Source of the DNA: Pseudomonadota bacterium
GTDB lineage: Bacteria; Pseudomonadota; Gammaproteobacteria; Burkholderiales; Rhodocyclaceae
Length of the DNA stretch: 54,218 bases
Assembly: GCA_009778425.1 (NCBI GenBank)
Contig: WRJU01000253.1
Coordinates: 1-54,218 of the forward strand
Reading direction: 5' to 3'
Part shown: positions 17,288-26,988 of the stretch, piece after piece
Layout of the letters: every line of letters begins with the position of its first letter
Position numbering within the stretch: the stretch's first letter is position 1
Translations under genes and position numbers: made by a program
The notes under the pieces: model-generated
What the model saw: the letters and a program-made list of their open reading frames with translations, nothing else
Told to the model about the DNA's origin: nothing
Database searches by the model: none

Positions 17288-17583
17288 GGGCGAGGCTGGC
17301 GCAACGGCTCCGGTTGGGGCACCCCGGATTCAGTCTGCGGCATCGTCCGTAACTTGGTTTTTCCCGCAACCTGGTAGATAGGCAGTGCTGGTGGTACTGC
17401 CTGCCGGGATACCCCGCTGGGCATCTTACCGGCATTCTCAAAAACCTTGTAATACGGCAGGGCCGAATCGCCTCCGCGATCTTCCACGACGATGAGGGCG
17501 GGTCGCTGTGCCCATGTCGGAGACACCTGACACAACACCCCGGCCAGTAGGCAGAAAGCGAGCTTTACGGCAGGCGTACCCAT
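17284..17583 (-). pseudogene. Truncated/chimeric PFL_4695-family (TIGR03765-like) ORF, 99 aa
   Basis: Keeps the N-terminal LIVVEDRGGDSALPYY motif but lacks the family's C-terminal core (recalled as PLFLIGDD...HYPVLIT). The frame is open and coupled to traD. Confidence 0.55.
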
Positions 17584-18260
17584 CGTCCGTTCTCCTCCCG
17601 CACGGTGGCAGGCAGCCCACCGGAGAGCCCCAGGTTCTTCCACCTGCCGCCGTCGTGGTTCAACGTGATCGTGCGCGATGAGACCTTGGCCGGGTCGACT
17701 CCTGCCTTCTTTGCCCAGGCACGTAAGCGAGCGTCGTCCGGTTTCGAGTCCACAAAATAGAGGTCAAACGTGCTGCCCGCGGCCTGAAGCTGCCCGACCT
17801 TCTTCTCGCACGGCGGGCAGTTGTCTTTGACGAACACGGCCAGCCTTCCCTCGTCGCCGATGCGCGGCAGCCCCGCAAAAATCCGTTGAAACGCTTCGTC
17901 ATAGGCTCGCTGAAACGCGAGCAGCTTTTCGACACGGTTCGCCTCGAACCTCGCTTGAAGATCCGCGTAGCGCCGACGCTCGGTATCGTCTCTGGCTTCG
18001 ATCCCCAGGGCGGTGAGCGGGTCAAGCCCTGGAGAGAGGATTCCCAATGGGCCGCGCATCAATTCCCGATAGCGCGTCCACTCCTCCATCTTCAAGCCCC
18101 AAAGGGTTGCATGGCGGAGTTCTTCGGCGGGGGTGCTACGCGCCTGTTCAGTACGGCTGGCTTCCTCCCGCCCCTGCGTAATGGGAAGTTCTGCGGTAGC
18201 CACGATTGCCATGCAGAGCAGGAAAAGGGTGGCTGTTGCCTTGCGTAAGAAGTTCATCAT
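17565..18260 (-). CDS. ICE protein, PFL_4693 family (TIGR03759-like)
   Basis: WGL..EEW.RYRELMRGPLG..SPGLDPLTALGIEAR, FVKDNCPPC, ITLNHDGGRW. Confidence 0.9.
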   Translation of the reverse strand: MMNFLRKATATLFLLCMAIVATAELPITQGREEASRTEQARSTPAEELRHATLWGLKMEEWTRYRELMRGPLGILSPGLDPLTALGIEARDDTERRRYADLQARFEANRVEKLLAFQRAYDEAFQRIFAGLPRIGDEGRLAVFVKDNCPPCEKKVGQLQAAGSTFDLYFVDSKPDDARLRAWAKKAGVDPAKVSSRTITLNHDGGRWKNLGLSGGLPATVREENGRWVRLP

Positions 18261-18994
18261 GAACCTCCTGCTGCAACCGGCAGCCTCGGGATCGGAAGCC
18301 TCACAATGGCATCCTCGACCCGGAACACCGCATGTTCTTCCTCGATACCTTCAAGGAACCATTGACCGAACCGTGTTCCGACTCGCAGGAGCTGGATGTC
18401 GGCAACCGACTGGCTGCCTTGCCCCATCACGGTCAAGAATCGCTCGAAACCGCGCTGCTCGACACCAATCACCTGAAAGGGTGGTTTGATGGAGGGCAGA
18501 GGCCGCACGGCGGGCTGCGGTTGGGCAGGTTGTGGATTGGGTGTGATAACCGTCTGCCGTTCGTTGGAAAGCCTCGCCTCCAAAACGCTTACCTGATCCT
18601 TGAGCGCACTGAGTGAGCCTGCCGATTCAGTGATCTGCCCGGTGAGATTCTCTGAGACGCCAGCCATCTTTTCTTCGAGAGCCAGTCGAATGGAATCCAA
18701 GCCCGATTGCATCGACTCCCGCAGGCTGGCCGTTTCGGTTTGGAGCCTTGTTGCCATCTCCTCCACACGTTCGGTCAGCACGCTCATGCCAAGGGGCTCC
18801 GGGTTTTGCGCTGCATCTCCCCACGCCTGCCGGGCACGGCGGTAATCAATGACGCTACCTGCCACGATAACGGTGAGAAACAGCAGCCATACCGTGAGGG
18901 TTACGGTAAACCAGGGGCTCCTGCCTCTTCTCTTTGGTGGCGCACTGTCAGGGCGTTTGTTGGGGATATTCATCTGGGTCGGTGCCATATTCAT
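18257..18994 (-). CDS. ICE conserved membrane-anchored coiled-coil protein
   Basis: N-terminal TM segment, coiled coil, PPFQVIGVEQRGFERFL; lies between pilL and PFL_4693. Confidence 0.8.
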   Translation of the reverse strand: MNMAPTQMNIPNKRPDSAPPKRRGRSPWFTVTLTVWLLFLTVIVAGSVIDYRRARQAWGDAAQNPEPLGMSVLTERVEEMATRLQTETASLRESMQSGLDSIRLALEEKMAGVSENLTGQITESAGSLSALKDQVSVLEARLSNERQTVITPNPQPAQPQPAVRPLPSIKPPFQVIGVEQRGFERFLTVMGQGSQSVADIQLLRVGTRFGQWFLEGIEEEHAVFRVEDAIVRLPIPRLPVAAGGS

Positions 18995-19464
18995 TCGGGA
19001 CTCCGTGTAAAACAGACCCGGCGCTCAACGCGGTCGACGGTGAGCGACCATGCGGGCCCGGCAAGCGTTTGCAGCGCGGTAGCGAGCGTCACCGGCCCGA
19101 GGTGTAGATGGGAAGCGGGCAGCGGCAAATGGACGAGTGGGGGTGGCGGCAAACAGAGCCGGTAGCCCGTGCGGGCAAGCACATGGGTGATGGCCGTCCC
19201 GATGGTGGCCTCGAACGCTGGCGGGATCGTGATGACAACGATCTGGTGCAACGGGTCGCGCTGCGCCTCCTCTGCGGTGAGTTCGACAAGCGTGTAGCGG
19301 CCAAGGCGCACCGCCTCGATCTGAGAAGGGGTTGGAACAGATACAGCCTCGGGAATGGGTGTGGGCACGTCAGGCGCTTCCCGCACTTCGGGAGTCGTGG
19401 ATGTGCAGGCCGCGAGCAGCGTACCCACAAGGAGCAGCGCAGTCGTGAATGGAAATAGGAACAT
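18991..19464 (-). CDS. pilL: PFGI-1-class PilL-like lipoprotein
   Basis: Lipobox LLAAC; VRLGRYTLV, QRDPL.Q, LPLPASHLHLGPVTL..AL.TLAGPAW. Confidence 0.85.
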   Translation of the reverse strand: MFLFPFTTALLLVGTLLAACTSTTPEVREAPDVPTPIPEAVSVPTPSQIEAVRLGRYTLVELTAEEAQRDPLHQIVVITIPPAFEATIGTAITHVLARTGYRLCLPPPPLVHLPLPASHLHLGPVTLATALQTLAGPAWSLTVDRVERRVCFTRSPE

Positions 19465-19658
19465 TGGCGCAAACCAGGCAGTCAGGAGCCCGTACCATGA
19501 ACCGGGCAGGACACGCCAGTCACGTCAAAACAGGAATCGCGGGAACCCCGGTTTTCGCGGGAATTCGGGGTGATCCGTATCGGGTTCCCGATGATTGACT
19601 GTATCGTTGGTTGTATGCTTCCATTCCAACAGTAGTGAGGTGCATGCCGGGGAGGCAC

Positions 19659-20552
19659 ATGAACAGCGCAGCGGCGATTTTCGCGCAACCAATCGTTTCA
19701 CCAACGCTTGAGCTTGGGGCTTACGAGTCACTTTGGGCAGATAAGGGGAAGATCTCCTTCAAAAGCCTGGCCGACCTGTTCAGGGGTGACGACCTTCCAT
19801 CCCGCTTCGTCAGCGAGGAGGATGCACGCAGGCGCGCCGTCGAAGTTTTGGAGATATTCAGGCAGAAGCACGTCTCGGATGCTGGTTTCATTTTCCAAGG
19901 CATGTTCGACTATCCGCCAGGGCTGAAAGAAGCGCGTTATCCGGTACAAATGCTCTATTACAGGGGGGATTTCAATCTCTTGTATCTCCCCGTCCGGGTT
20001 GCAGTCGTAGGAAGCCGTAATCCGAGCGAGGAAGGTATGCGCCGCGCCCGGAAGTTAGCGAAGTGCCTGGTCGAAGATAATGCAGTCGTCGTATCCGGCT
20101 TGGCGCATGGCATTGACACAGCAGCGCATACCGCAGCGATTGAGGCCAAAGGCAAAACCATCGGCGTTATTGGTACGCCGATAAGCGAAGTCTATCCAAG
20201 GGAAAACAGGGAACTGCAAGAGACTATTGCGCGCGAGCATTTGCTCGTCAGCCAGGTGCCGGTGATCCGATATTTGAATCAGAATTTTGCGGTCAACCGA
20301 TTTTTCTTTCCAGAGCGAAACATCACCATGTCAGCCCTGACGCAGGCGACGGTGATTGTCGAAGCGGGGGAAACATCGGGAAGCCTGATACAGGCGCGGG
20401 CTGCGCTCCAACAGCGCAGGAAATTGTTTATCCTTGATAGTTGCTTCGGAAAGGGCCTGAAGTGGCCTGAGCGTTTTCTAGGGGAAGGCGCGATTCGTGT
20501 TTCAGAATATGAAGACATCAGGAAACACTTGAGTGACTCCTTTCAAAATTGA
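19659..20552 (+). CDS. DprA/Smf-family protein (ShosA-like antitoxin component)
   Basis: VAVVGSRNPS..G, VVSGLAHGIDTAAH, FPERN..MSAL, VEAGETSGSL; GGAGG RBS before ATG 19659. Confidence 0.88.
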   Translation: MNSAAAIFAQPIVSPTLELGAYESLWADKGKISFKSLADLFRGDDLPSRFVSEEDARRRAVEVLEIFRQKHVSDAGFIFQGMFDYPPGLKEARYPVQMLYYRGDFNLLYLPVRVAVVGSRNPSEEGMRRARKLAKCLVEDNAVVVSGLAHGIDTAAHTAAIEAKGKTIGVIGTPISEVYPRENRELQETIAREHLLVSQVPVIRYLNQNFAVNRFFFPERNITMSALTQATVIVEAGETSGSLIQARAALQQRRKLFILDSCFGKGLKWPERFLGEGAIRVSEYEDIRKHLSDSFQN

Positions 20553-21186
20553 TGAAAACATTCGGTCAGATCATTATTATCTCGATGAGGATGACGATTG
20601 TTTTTTCTTTGGCGAGTATTTTCCTCGTGGCGGATTTAATGCCAGCCCTACCAATCAACTGATTGATAATATAAAAAAGGAGGTATGTAGACGAGGGAAG
20701 CCTGAGTATTGGTATAAAGAGAGAGATATTAAAAAAGTAGCAAATATGCTCAAAAGTGTACTTAATCCTAAAGCAAGATCGATCATAACGATTGTTCCTA
20801 TTCCACCCTCAAAAGCTAAAGACCACCCAGAATACGACGATAGGTTAATTCTTTGTTTAGAAAAAATAATTGAAGATGGATGGGATGTGCGCGAGTTAAT
20901 TGCCGTAAAAACTTCGATGCGAGCACATCATGAGTATCGGCCAGGTGAAAAACGCCCAACGCCTGACGAATTGTATGAGCAACTGATGATTGATGAAACC
21001 TGTCTTTCTCAAAAGACCGTGCACCATCGTATTATACTCTTCGACGACGTGCTGACGAACGGAGCGCATTTCAAAGCCTGTAAGAGACTTATATTGAAAA
21101 AGTTTCCAGATAGGACAGTAGAAGGGTTGTTCATTGCGCGTAGAAAGCCAAAAGACCCATTCGACCTTATTGAAGAGATACCTTAA
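20533..21186 (+). CDS. Phosphoribosyltransferase-fold protein (ComF/ShosT-like)
   Basis: VPIPPSK, IILFDDVLTNGAHF PRPP-binding loop; GTG start with a 20-nt overlap of dprA; AT-rich. Confidence 0.8.
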   Translation: MTPFKIDENIRSDHYYLDEDDDCFFFGEYFPRGGFNASPTNQLIDNIKKEVCRRGKPEYWYKERDIKKVANMLKSVLNPKARSIITIVPIPPSKAKDHPEYDDRLILCLEKIIEDGWDVRELIAVKTSMRAHHEYRPGEKRPTPDELYEQLMIDETCLSQKTVHHRIILFDDVLTNGAHFKACKRLILKKFPDRTVEGLFIARRKPKDPFDLIEEIP

Positions 21187-21268
21187 ACACGAAGATAGAT
21201 GCTGGTAAATCCATCTTTTTTCGAGATGGCATTCATCATGGATGCGGAACCGAAGTTTCGATAACCAG

Positions 21269-21291
21269 AAAAAACGGCCCCAAAGGGGCCG
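21269..21291 (-). terminator. Rho-independent terminator after the helicase operon
   Basis: CGGCCCC-AAA-GGGGCCG hairpin followed by a T6 tract on the minus strand. Confidence 0.7.
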
Positions 21292-21309
21292 CTGTAAAAG
21301 AAGAAGGGA

Positions 21310-23685
21310 TCACGCTGCCACAAGCTGTTTGGCAAGCTCCATCTCTACTGAATCCCCGTCCTGATTCAGGATGTCCAGCCCACATTCGGGCATTTCCCCT
21401 GACGTACTCATCGAGACGGCGATTTTTTTTGCCATCAACTCCAGGCACCCAATCTGCGCAGTAGCCGCAAAGCCCAGGAAATACACCTCCACAGGCTTTG
21501 TCTGACCGATCCGCCAGGAACGGCGTGCGGCTTGCTGTAACGTATATACGTTATAGCCTGACTGCATGAACACGATGGTCGGAAAGTCCAGCAGATCGAG
21601 GCCCGTTTTGACGAGTTCCGGGTTCGAGATGACTACATCGCATCCCCGGTCGACCTGTTCGGCAATCCAGTTCTCGCGCTCCTCGGGCGCTACGCTTGCC
21701 CGAAGTACCGCGACCTTGAGCCCTTTCTGCTGGAGGAGCGCCTTGAGGCGGCTGGTCGTGTCGCGCTTGCCCGAATAGATTGAGTAAACGAGGCACTTCC
21801 TGCCCCGCAGCTTTTGCGCAGTAGCGATCTGGATCAGATCTCTCTCCTTCGGGCTCGCCTCCATGTCGCCAAAAACAGGCTCGCAGTACGCCAACTCGTG
21901 CTTGGTGCGTGGATGGATCACCCTTTCTGCACGGAAACAGCAATCCGGCCAGGCCAGCAACACGTTCAGGACGACCCCGAGCAGCGTCGTGTCGTGCATG
22001 GCGAGTGATCGCCGCAGAATGTCATTCAAGACATTGGACAGTTCCCGGTAGCACGTACCCTGTTGCTCGGTCATCTCGACTTCACGGAACATCTCGGTGT
22101 AGGTCGGCAGCACGTCTGAGCCGATGTCCCGTAACTTCAGGAACACCGTATAAGGCAACACGCAGCGCAGAACGCCTTGCGGGCCAAAACCCGGAGCCTT
22201 GACGGTTCGCACGGTCTCCCGTTTGCCGCGTGCGGTCTTGAACGAACCTCCTTCCCGTTCTGTGTAGATGTCCTTGAGAACGCCGTGGTCTCTCATGAAC
22301 TGCATGGCCGCGCTGTTGAGCGATCCGCGCCGGTTCGGGCGATACCCCTCTTCAATCATCCTGCCGGACAAGACCCGGAAAAGAAGGAAGAAAATGTCTG
22401 AAGCATATCCACCCATCAGTGTGCCGGTCAAAAGCAGCGCCTTCTTTGCCTTGGCCGCCAGTACGCCCATCGCTTGGCCCTGCGCCGAATTGCCGTTTTT
22501 ATACTCATGACATTCGTCCGCGACCAAAAGGTCGAAATAGCCTTGCGGGAGAAAACGTTTGACATATTCGGAAGGCTGGTAGCCCCCTTCACCAAACCCG
22601 AACTCCAGCGTCGACAAGGCGCGTTCCATCCGCACTGCCTGACGGTCGGAAAAAACGAGGTTTCCTTCACCGTCCATCAGGTTGATGAAGCTATGGAGGT
22701 TGTCGCCAAGCATGTCCGCCAGAAAACCTGCACCGAAAGTACCGATGAGCTTTTCCGCCGTCCTGGCACCGATGGTCGGAATGCGCTTTAACGCCTTCTG
22801 AATCGCGTCGGTCTGGCTGGAAACCGTGAGCAGCCTTGGCCTTTGAAGAGTCCAGAGCGGGCTCTTGCAGTGGGCGCACTTCATGCGGCTCTCGAACTCT
22901 TCCAGCCTGGCAGCCAGGACGGATTCGCCATTAAGGTCTTTGACGGCCTCGCCGCAATCCGGGCAACAGGCAATCTCTACCCCGTGGCGGTTTTTACGGC
23001 GATGAAAGGCATGCCGCCAATGAAAGCCCATCCGTATACGCACGCGGCCCATGACGTAGAACTCCTGGCCTTGCGCGGGCACGCCCAATGAGCGTTTCAG
23101 TTGGATCAGCTTCATTAGCGTGTCGGGGCCGTTCAACACCCAGACCTTCGCGCCTTCGACCGTCTCCAGAATTTCACGCCGCCACTTGTAGACCAGGTGA
23201 GGCGGGGAGAGGACGAGGGTGCGCCGGAAGCCTTCCTTGTTCATCACCGCCGCTGTGGCGATTCCGCACAAGGTTTTGCCGACGCCCATTTCTCCGACGA
23301 GGATCGCGGCCCGCTCGTTTTGATCGAGCAGCAGGCTCGTGAGCGCATGCACCGCATCGGCCTGGGCTGAAAACGGTTTGCGCTTCAAAGCCTCAAGTAC
23401 AGCGACCCGGTGAGGCTTCGGGATGCCGTCATAGACGGGCGGGTTCGACGCCTGCGCCGAAGCGAGCAGCCCCGAACCAAACTCCTCGATGAAGTCGGAC
23501 AAGGCGATGGCTCTTGGATCGGGTTCTACCGAATCGTCTTCAAGATCGCCTTGCTGCCCTATGTCATCTTCCGGCGGCGCTAGAACGCCAAAACCGCAAA
23601 TAGGCACAATGCCGTCCTCTTCAGGCTCAAGCTGGATGAGTTCGCGGTAGAGATCGTCGGTGTCATCAATTGTTGTATCTTGCAT
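21310..23685 (-). CDS. SNF2-like SF2 helicase, conserved in this ICE class
   Basis: GEMGVGKT, ADECHEYK, LLTGT, KTGLDL, QAARRSWRIGQ; zinc-ribbon insert CPDC...CAHC. Confidence 0.9.
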   Translation of the reverse strand: MQDTTIDDTDDLYRELIQLEPEEDGIVPICGFGVLAPPEDDIGQQGDLEDDSVEPDPRAIALSDFIEEFGSGLLASAQASNPPVYDGIPKPHRVAVLEALKRKPFSAQADAVHALTSLLLDQNERAAILVGEMGVGKTLCGIATAAVMNKEGFRRTLVLSPPHLVYKWRREILETVEGAKVWVLNGPDTLMKLIQLKRSLGVPAQGQEFYVMGRVRIRMGFHWRHAFHRRKNRHGVEIACCPDCGEAVKDLNGESVLAARLEEFESRMKCAHCKSPLWTLQRPRLLTVSSQTDAIQKALKRIPTIGARTAEKLIGTFGAGFLADMLGDNLHSFINLMDGEGNLVFSDRQAVRMERALSTLEFGFGEGGYQPSEYVKRFLPQGYFDLLVADECHEYKNGNSAQGQAMGVLAAKAKKALLLTGTLMGGYASDIFFLLFRVLSGRMIEEGYRPNRRGSLNSAAMQFMRDHGVLKDIYTEREGGSFKTARGKRETVRTVKAPGFGPQGVLRCVLPYTVFLKLRDIGSDVLPTYTEMFREVEMTEQQGTCYRELSNVLNDILRRSLAMHDTTLLGVVLNVLLAWPDCCFRAERVIHPRTKHELAYCEPVFGDMEASPKERDLIQIATAQKLRGRKCLVYSIYSGKRDTTSRLKALLQQKGLKVAVLRASVAPEERENWIAEQVDRGCDVVISNPELVKTGLDLLDFPTIVFMQSGYNVYTLQQAARRSWRIGQTKPVEVYFLGFAATAQIGCLELMAKKIAVSMSTSGEMPECGLDILNQDGDSVEMELAKQLVAA

Positions 23686-23793
23686 GGCAATGCTCCAAAA
23701 AAACGGGGCATGTCATGCCCACGACGGGGCGCTGAGATGCCCCAATGGTGGGAAAAGTGTTACGCGCGCCGGTGGCGCTGGTGATGAAATGGA

Positions 23794-24117
23794 TCAGTAT
23801 TCGCTTGGCAAAAGGATCGTAGTCACGCTGCGATCCCATTCGGTGATGACCCAGATTCTGGTGCCGCAAGGCAGGGTGTAGGCCGAAAACAGCCGACTCC
23901 TCTTTTGCGGGTCTTTCTGAACGCTGCGGTTGTTGAGGTTCCAATCGGCGGGGTCTAACTCCCCCCAATCCCCACATTGGTGACGCGCGAGGTATTGAGG
24001 TGGTTTTATTCCCCCCTGATTGAAGATTTCCACAACCCCTGGGGTCATGGCGAGTTTCCCCAGATTAAAAAGGGGTTGGTCGAACGCAGGGCGCTTTTCG
24101 GATACTTTTTGCAGCAT
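23794..24117 (-). CDS. conserved plasmid/ICE hypothetical protein
   Basis: LG...TPGV...LARH..GDWG...RLFSAY...IWVITEWDRSVTTILLPSEY; GAGGAGG RBS. Confidence 0.8.
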   Translation of the reverse strand: MLQKVSEKRPAFDQPLFNLGKLAMTPGVVEIFNQGGIKPPQYLARHQCGDWGELDPADWNLNNRSVQKDPQKRSRLFSAYTLPCGTRIWVITEWDRSVTTILLPSEY

Positions 24118-24204
24118 GGTGAAGCCTCCTCGAAGAAAAAAGAGGGGGCTTCGCCCCATCGGGGTCGTTGCCCCCGTGGGTGGTGGAAAAAACTAACGTT
24201 CTCT

Positions 24205-25311
24205 TTACGAAATCGTCATCAGTTCGCCGAAGGTCTTGGAGTCCGGCGTAAAGTCCCAGGCCCGGATCGCGGGCTTGAAGCAATCGAGCGCAACCGTCCG
24301 CTCGACGAGCGTGCCGTCTTCGTGCAGTTCAGCCTCTTTCTTTACCTTCTTGGCTTTGAACGTGTCGCCTCGAATGACAAAGATGCGTTTGGCCGATTTC
24401 ACGATTCCAGTGATCGCCCCGGCTGCCAGCGCAAGCGCCAGATGCCAGGGCGACAGCGCCCTTGCGGGCCGCCGTTGGGCTTTTTGCCAATTCCCGAACA
24501 CTGCGCCAAGCGTCGGCCAGAGCCCTTGCAGCCGCTCGACTTCCCTCGCGAACTGCTCCGGCTCCATGCTGACCCGATAAAAATGCTCGGGCTCGCTTCT
24601 TGAGCGGGGAACGACAACCGGCTCGAACGTCCAGACTTCAGGTAATTCAGTGGCTTCACAATCTCCTTTGCCGATCCGCACGAGCATTTCACGCGCGTTT
24701 CGGCTGGCAGTTGTTTCCTGGTCGCGCTGACGAACCCTGCGGCCAAAGATCACCACTTGCCTGAATTGCCGATCCACGGCCTTGAACACCCGAACGTCGG
24801 CAAAATGGTTCGTTATCCATCCAACGAATTCATCATCAAGCGTTGTGGTCGGAACGATAGCAACAATAATGCCGTCGTACTGCAAGAGCGGCATGGCGCG
24901 CTGGTAGAACAACTTTTCGAGTCGGCCACGGCCTTTGCCCTGGTAGCCCAGGTTGCCATTGGCGTCCCGCTGCAAGTCACCATACGGGGGATTGAACCAG
25001 AGAAGCCCAAAGGCTTGGCGCGAGATGATCGTGTCCATCACATCGGCATGCAGGCACTTGTCGGCCAGCTTGCGGGCATGTGCCGCGCGCTCGGCATCGA
25101 ACTCGACCGCGTGTGCACAGACGTGCTCGCGGCCCAGGGCGTGCGCCACTTCTGCGAGCGCCACCCCTTCCCCTGCACAGGGGTCGAGGATGGAGACCAG
25201 GGTGTCGACCGGGGCGAAGGCCGTGAGGACTCTTTCGAGCGTGCCCTCATCGGTGGGGTAATAACCCGCCTTGGCAAAGTTACGCGCGATGCGCGGAAAC
25301 ATCAGAGCCAT
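24205..25311 (-). CDS. Class I SAM-dependent (DNA adenine-type) methyltransferase, DUF6094-like
   Basis: GYYPTD, LDPCAGEG (motif I), LWFNPPYG (motif IV). Confidence 0.88.
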   Translation of the reverse strand: MALMFPRIARNFAKAGYYPTDEGTLERVLTAFAPVDTLVSILDPCAGEGVALAEVAHALGREHVCAHAVEFDAERAAHARKLADKCLHADVMDTIISRQAFGLLWFNPPYGDLQRDANGNLGYQGKGRGRLEKLFYQRAMPLLQYDGIIVAIVPTTTLDDEFVGWITNHFADVRVFKAVDRQFRQVVIFGRRVRQRDQETTASRNAREMLVRIGKGDCEATELPEVWTFEPVVVPRSRSEPEHFYRVSMEPEQFAREVERLQGLWPTLGAVFGNWQKAQRRPARALSPWHLALALAAGAITGIVKSAKRIFVIRGDTFKAKKVKKEAELHEDGTLVERTVALDCFKPAIRAWDFTPDSKTFGELMTIS

Positions 25312-25416
25312 ATCAATTACTCCTTGGAAAAAAGTGAGTTTTATCCCCGGCGCATGGCAAGGCGGTGGGCCTTGTCGTGCGCAGGATGGAAAAACCAGTG
25401 GGTAAAATCAGCCAGA

Positions 25417-26052
25417 TCAGGCAGCCAGTGGCAAGGCAGTGGGAAATTCCACGGCCTCTGGCACAAGGCTCAGCGTGCCCTCGCGGATCAATTCCTGCAT
25501 CCGGCCCTGAAGCTGATTCAACTCGATGGCGAGCTTGTAGCCTTGAACCGGCCCGAAGGCCAGTTTCAGCTTCTTGAGCATCCCCTCGGTCTTGAGTGTG
25601 TCGAGTACAACCTCCTGCCAGTGCGGCAGCAGCGGCAAACCGCAGCAGCTTTGCACGAGCGGCCAGAGCCGGTCATCCTGGTTCTTGATGTCTATCGGGA
25701 GAACCGCGAAAGCGCGGGCATTTGCCTTGTCCGGTTCGATGGCGAGATTGTTGTACAGCCACAAGTTCGTCATCGAACCGAAGAGCGTTCTGCGAAAAGA
25801 GCGGGCAGACTGCTTGGACAGGTTTTCCACGTCCGGGACTTCCACAGGGATACCGTGATTTCCGGCGACGAGGTGAAACTGTCTCATCCCGCCCTCCTTG
25901 TGACCGAGGGTGAGTTTTGCCAGCAACTGCTGGATGGTGGTGTCCCGGCCCCAGAGGGAGACGAAAACAAGATCGAAATCGTCATCCAGCAGGCAGGCAT
26001 CGGCCTTCAGGTCGGAAAACTCGTCGATTGCGTACAGCGTGGGGGTGGCCAT
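25417..26052 (-). CDS. conserved ICE hypothetical protein
   Basis: FVSLWGRDTTIQQLLAKLTL, LWPLVQ..C.LPLLPHW; start ATG 26052 with AAGGAG RBS. Confidence 0.8.
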   Translation of the reverse strand: MATPTLYAIDEFSDLKADACLLDDDFDLVFVSLWGRDTTIQQLLAKLTLGHKEGGMRQFHLVAGNHGIPVEVPDVENLSKQSARSFRRTLFGSMTNLWLYNNLAIEPDKANARAFAVLPIDIKNQDDRLWPLVQSCCGLPLLPHWQEVVLDTLKTEGMLKKLKLAFGPVQGYKLAIELNQLQGRMQELIREGTLSLVPEAVEFPTALPLAA

Positions 26053-26136
26053 GTTGGCTCCTTTCAAAAAATGAAGGGCCAAGAACCACCCCAGGGGACG
26101 GATCAATGGCCCCAGGGGGAAGAAAGAACTTGGCGT

Positions 26137-26559
26137 TTAGCCGACCATTGCAGGCACAACGGCGTTCTTGAATGAATGCTGAAAGCGTTTTTCCCCTTCA
26201 TGGAAAGCCCGGACGCGGTTTCTCCATAACGGATTCAAAACGTCGGGAACCATGTCGAGGAAGTGCAGCGGGCATGAATAGGAAGAGGGCGATTCAAACT
26301 CGGGAACCGAGCGGTAGCCCAACTCTCCCGTGTCTTCATCGCGGCGAATCTCGTCACAGATGATGATGCGATATGACTGCCCTGCCTTCATGCCAGCAAG
26401 GGCACCGTCTACTCGGGCGGTCGTCTCGACCACGCGCCAGAGCGTACCGTAGGTCTTGACATACGCGATGGTGTTGCGGATGAATTCCTCTGTCATCACG
26501 CGGCAACAAAGCTGGAATATCAATTCTTCTTCGGATATTTGCCGGTAAATCCAGTTCAT
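26137..26559 (-). CDS. conserved ICE/plasmid hypothetical protein (DUF6927-like, tentative)
   Basis: GY....E...P..YSCPL.FLD......WR..VR.FH pattern; AAGGAG RBS before ATG 26559. Confidence 0.7.
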   Translation of the reverse strand: MNWIYRQISEEELIFQLCCRVMTEEFIRNTIAYVKTYGTLWRVVETTARVDGALAGMKAGQSYRIIICDEIRRDEDTGELGYRSVPEFESPSSYSCPLHFLDMVPDVLNPLWRNRVRAFHEGEKRFQHSFKNAVVPAMVG

Positions 26560-26657
26560 TGAAAGCTCCTTCAAGTCAATGCCGGAAGGAACCCTCCCCC
26601 GCCGGGAAAAGGTTTCCCGGCGAGGTGGGTGAAATGCCGCAGGTGCGGCGGGGAGAA

Positions 26658-26882
26658 TTACTGCGTCTTGCGATGCCAGTCCAGGCTCTTGTCGTTGAAC
26701 TGGTAGCCCAACGCCTGAAGCCGTTCCTGTTGTTCGAGGAAAAGCAGGCGTTCCACGTTGGTATCGAGTTTGACGACATCACCCAAAGGCCAAAGAGAGC
26801 CAAAGAGTGTTTTGTCATACTCGCCCCAACGCAGGCGCAATGTCAGTCCCTCTTTCGAGATTTTCAGCAACAGCCAGTCCAT
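26658..26882 (-). CDS. 74-aa paralogue of the DUF3275 C-terminal domain
   Basis: DKTLFGSLWPLGDVVKLDTNVERLLF.EQ..RL..LGY.FN..S.DWH matches the end of ORF 26989-27600; has its own AAGGAG RBS. Confidence 0.7.
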   Translation of the reverse strand: MDWLLLKISKEGLTLRLRWGEYDKTLFGSLWPLGDVVKLDTNVERLLFLEQQERLQALGYQFNDKSLDWHRKTQ

Positions 26883-26988
26883 CAGCGACTCCTTCGATAA
26901 AAAGAGCCGGTTCCTCCTCCCCGCCGGGAAAAGGTTTCCCGGCGGGTGTGGATGAAATGCCGCGAGCGCGGCGGTTGAGTGACAGCGG

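Noticed and set aside
19659-21186. Natural competence locus (dprA-comF)
   Set aside because: Cargo position inside an ICE, AT-rich partner gene and no other competence genes; fits a defence pair better.
24757-26175. 472-aa plus-strand ORF (likewise 47238-48269, 50279-51523, 33143-34048)
   Set aside because: Antisense shadows of real genes in GC-rich DNA, with no motifs or RBS.
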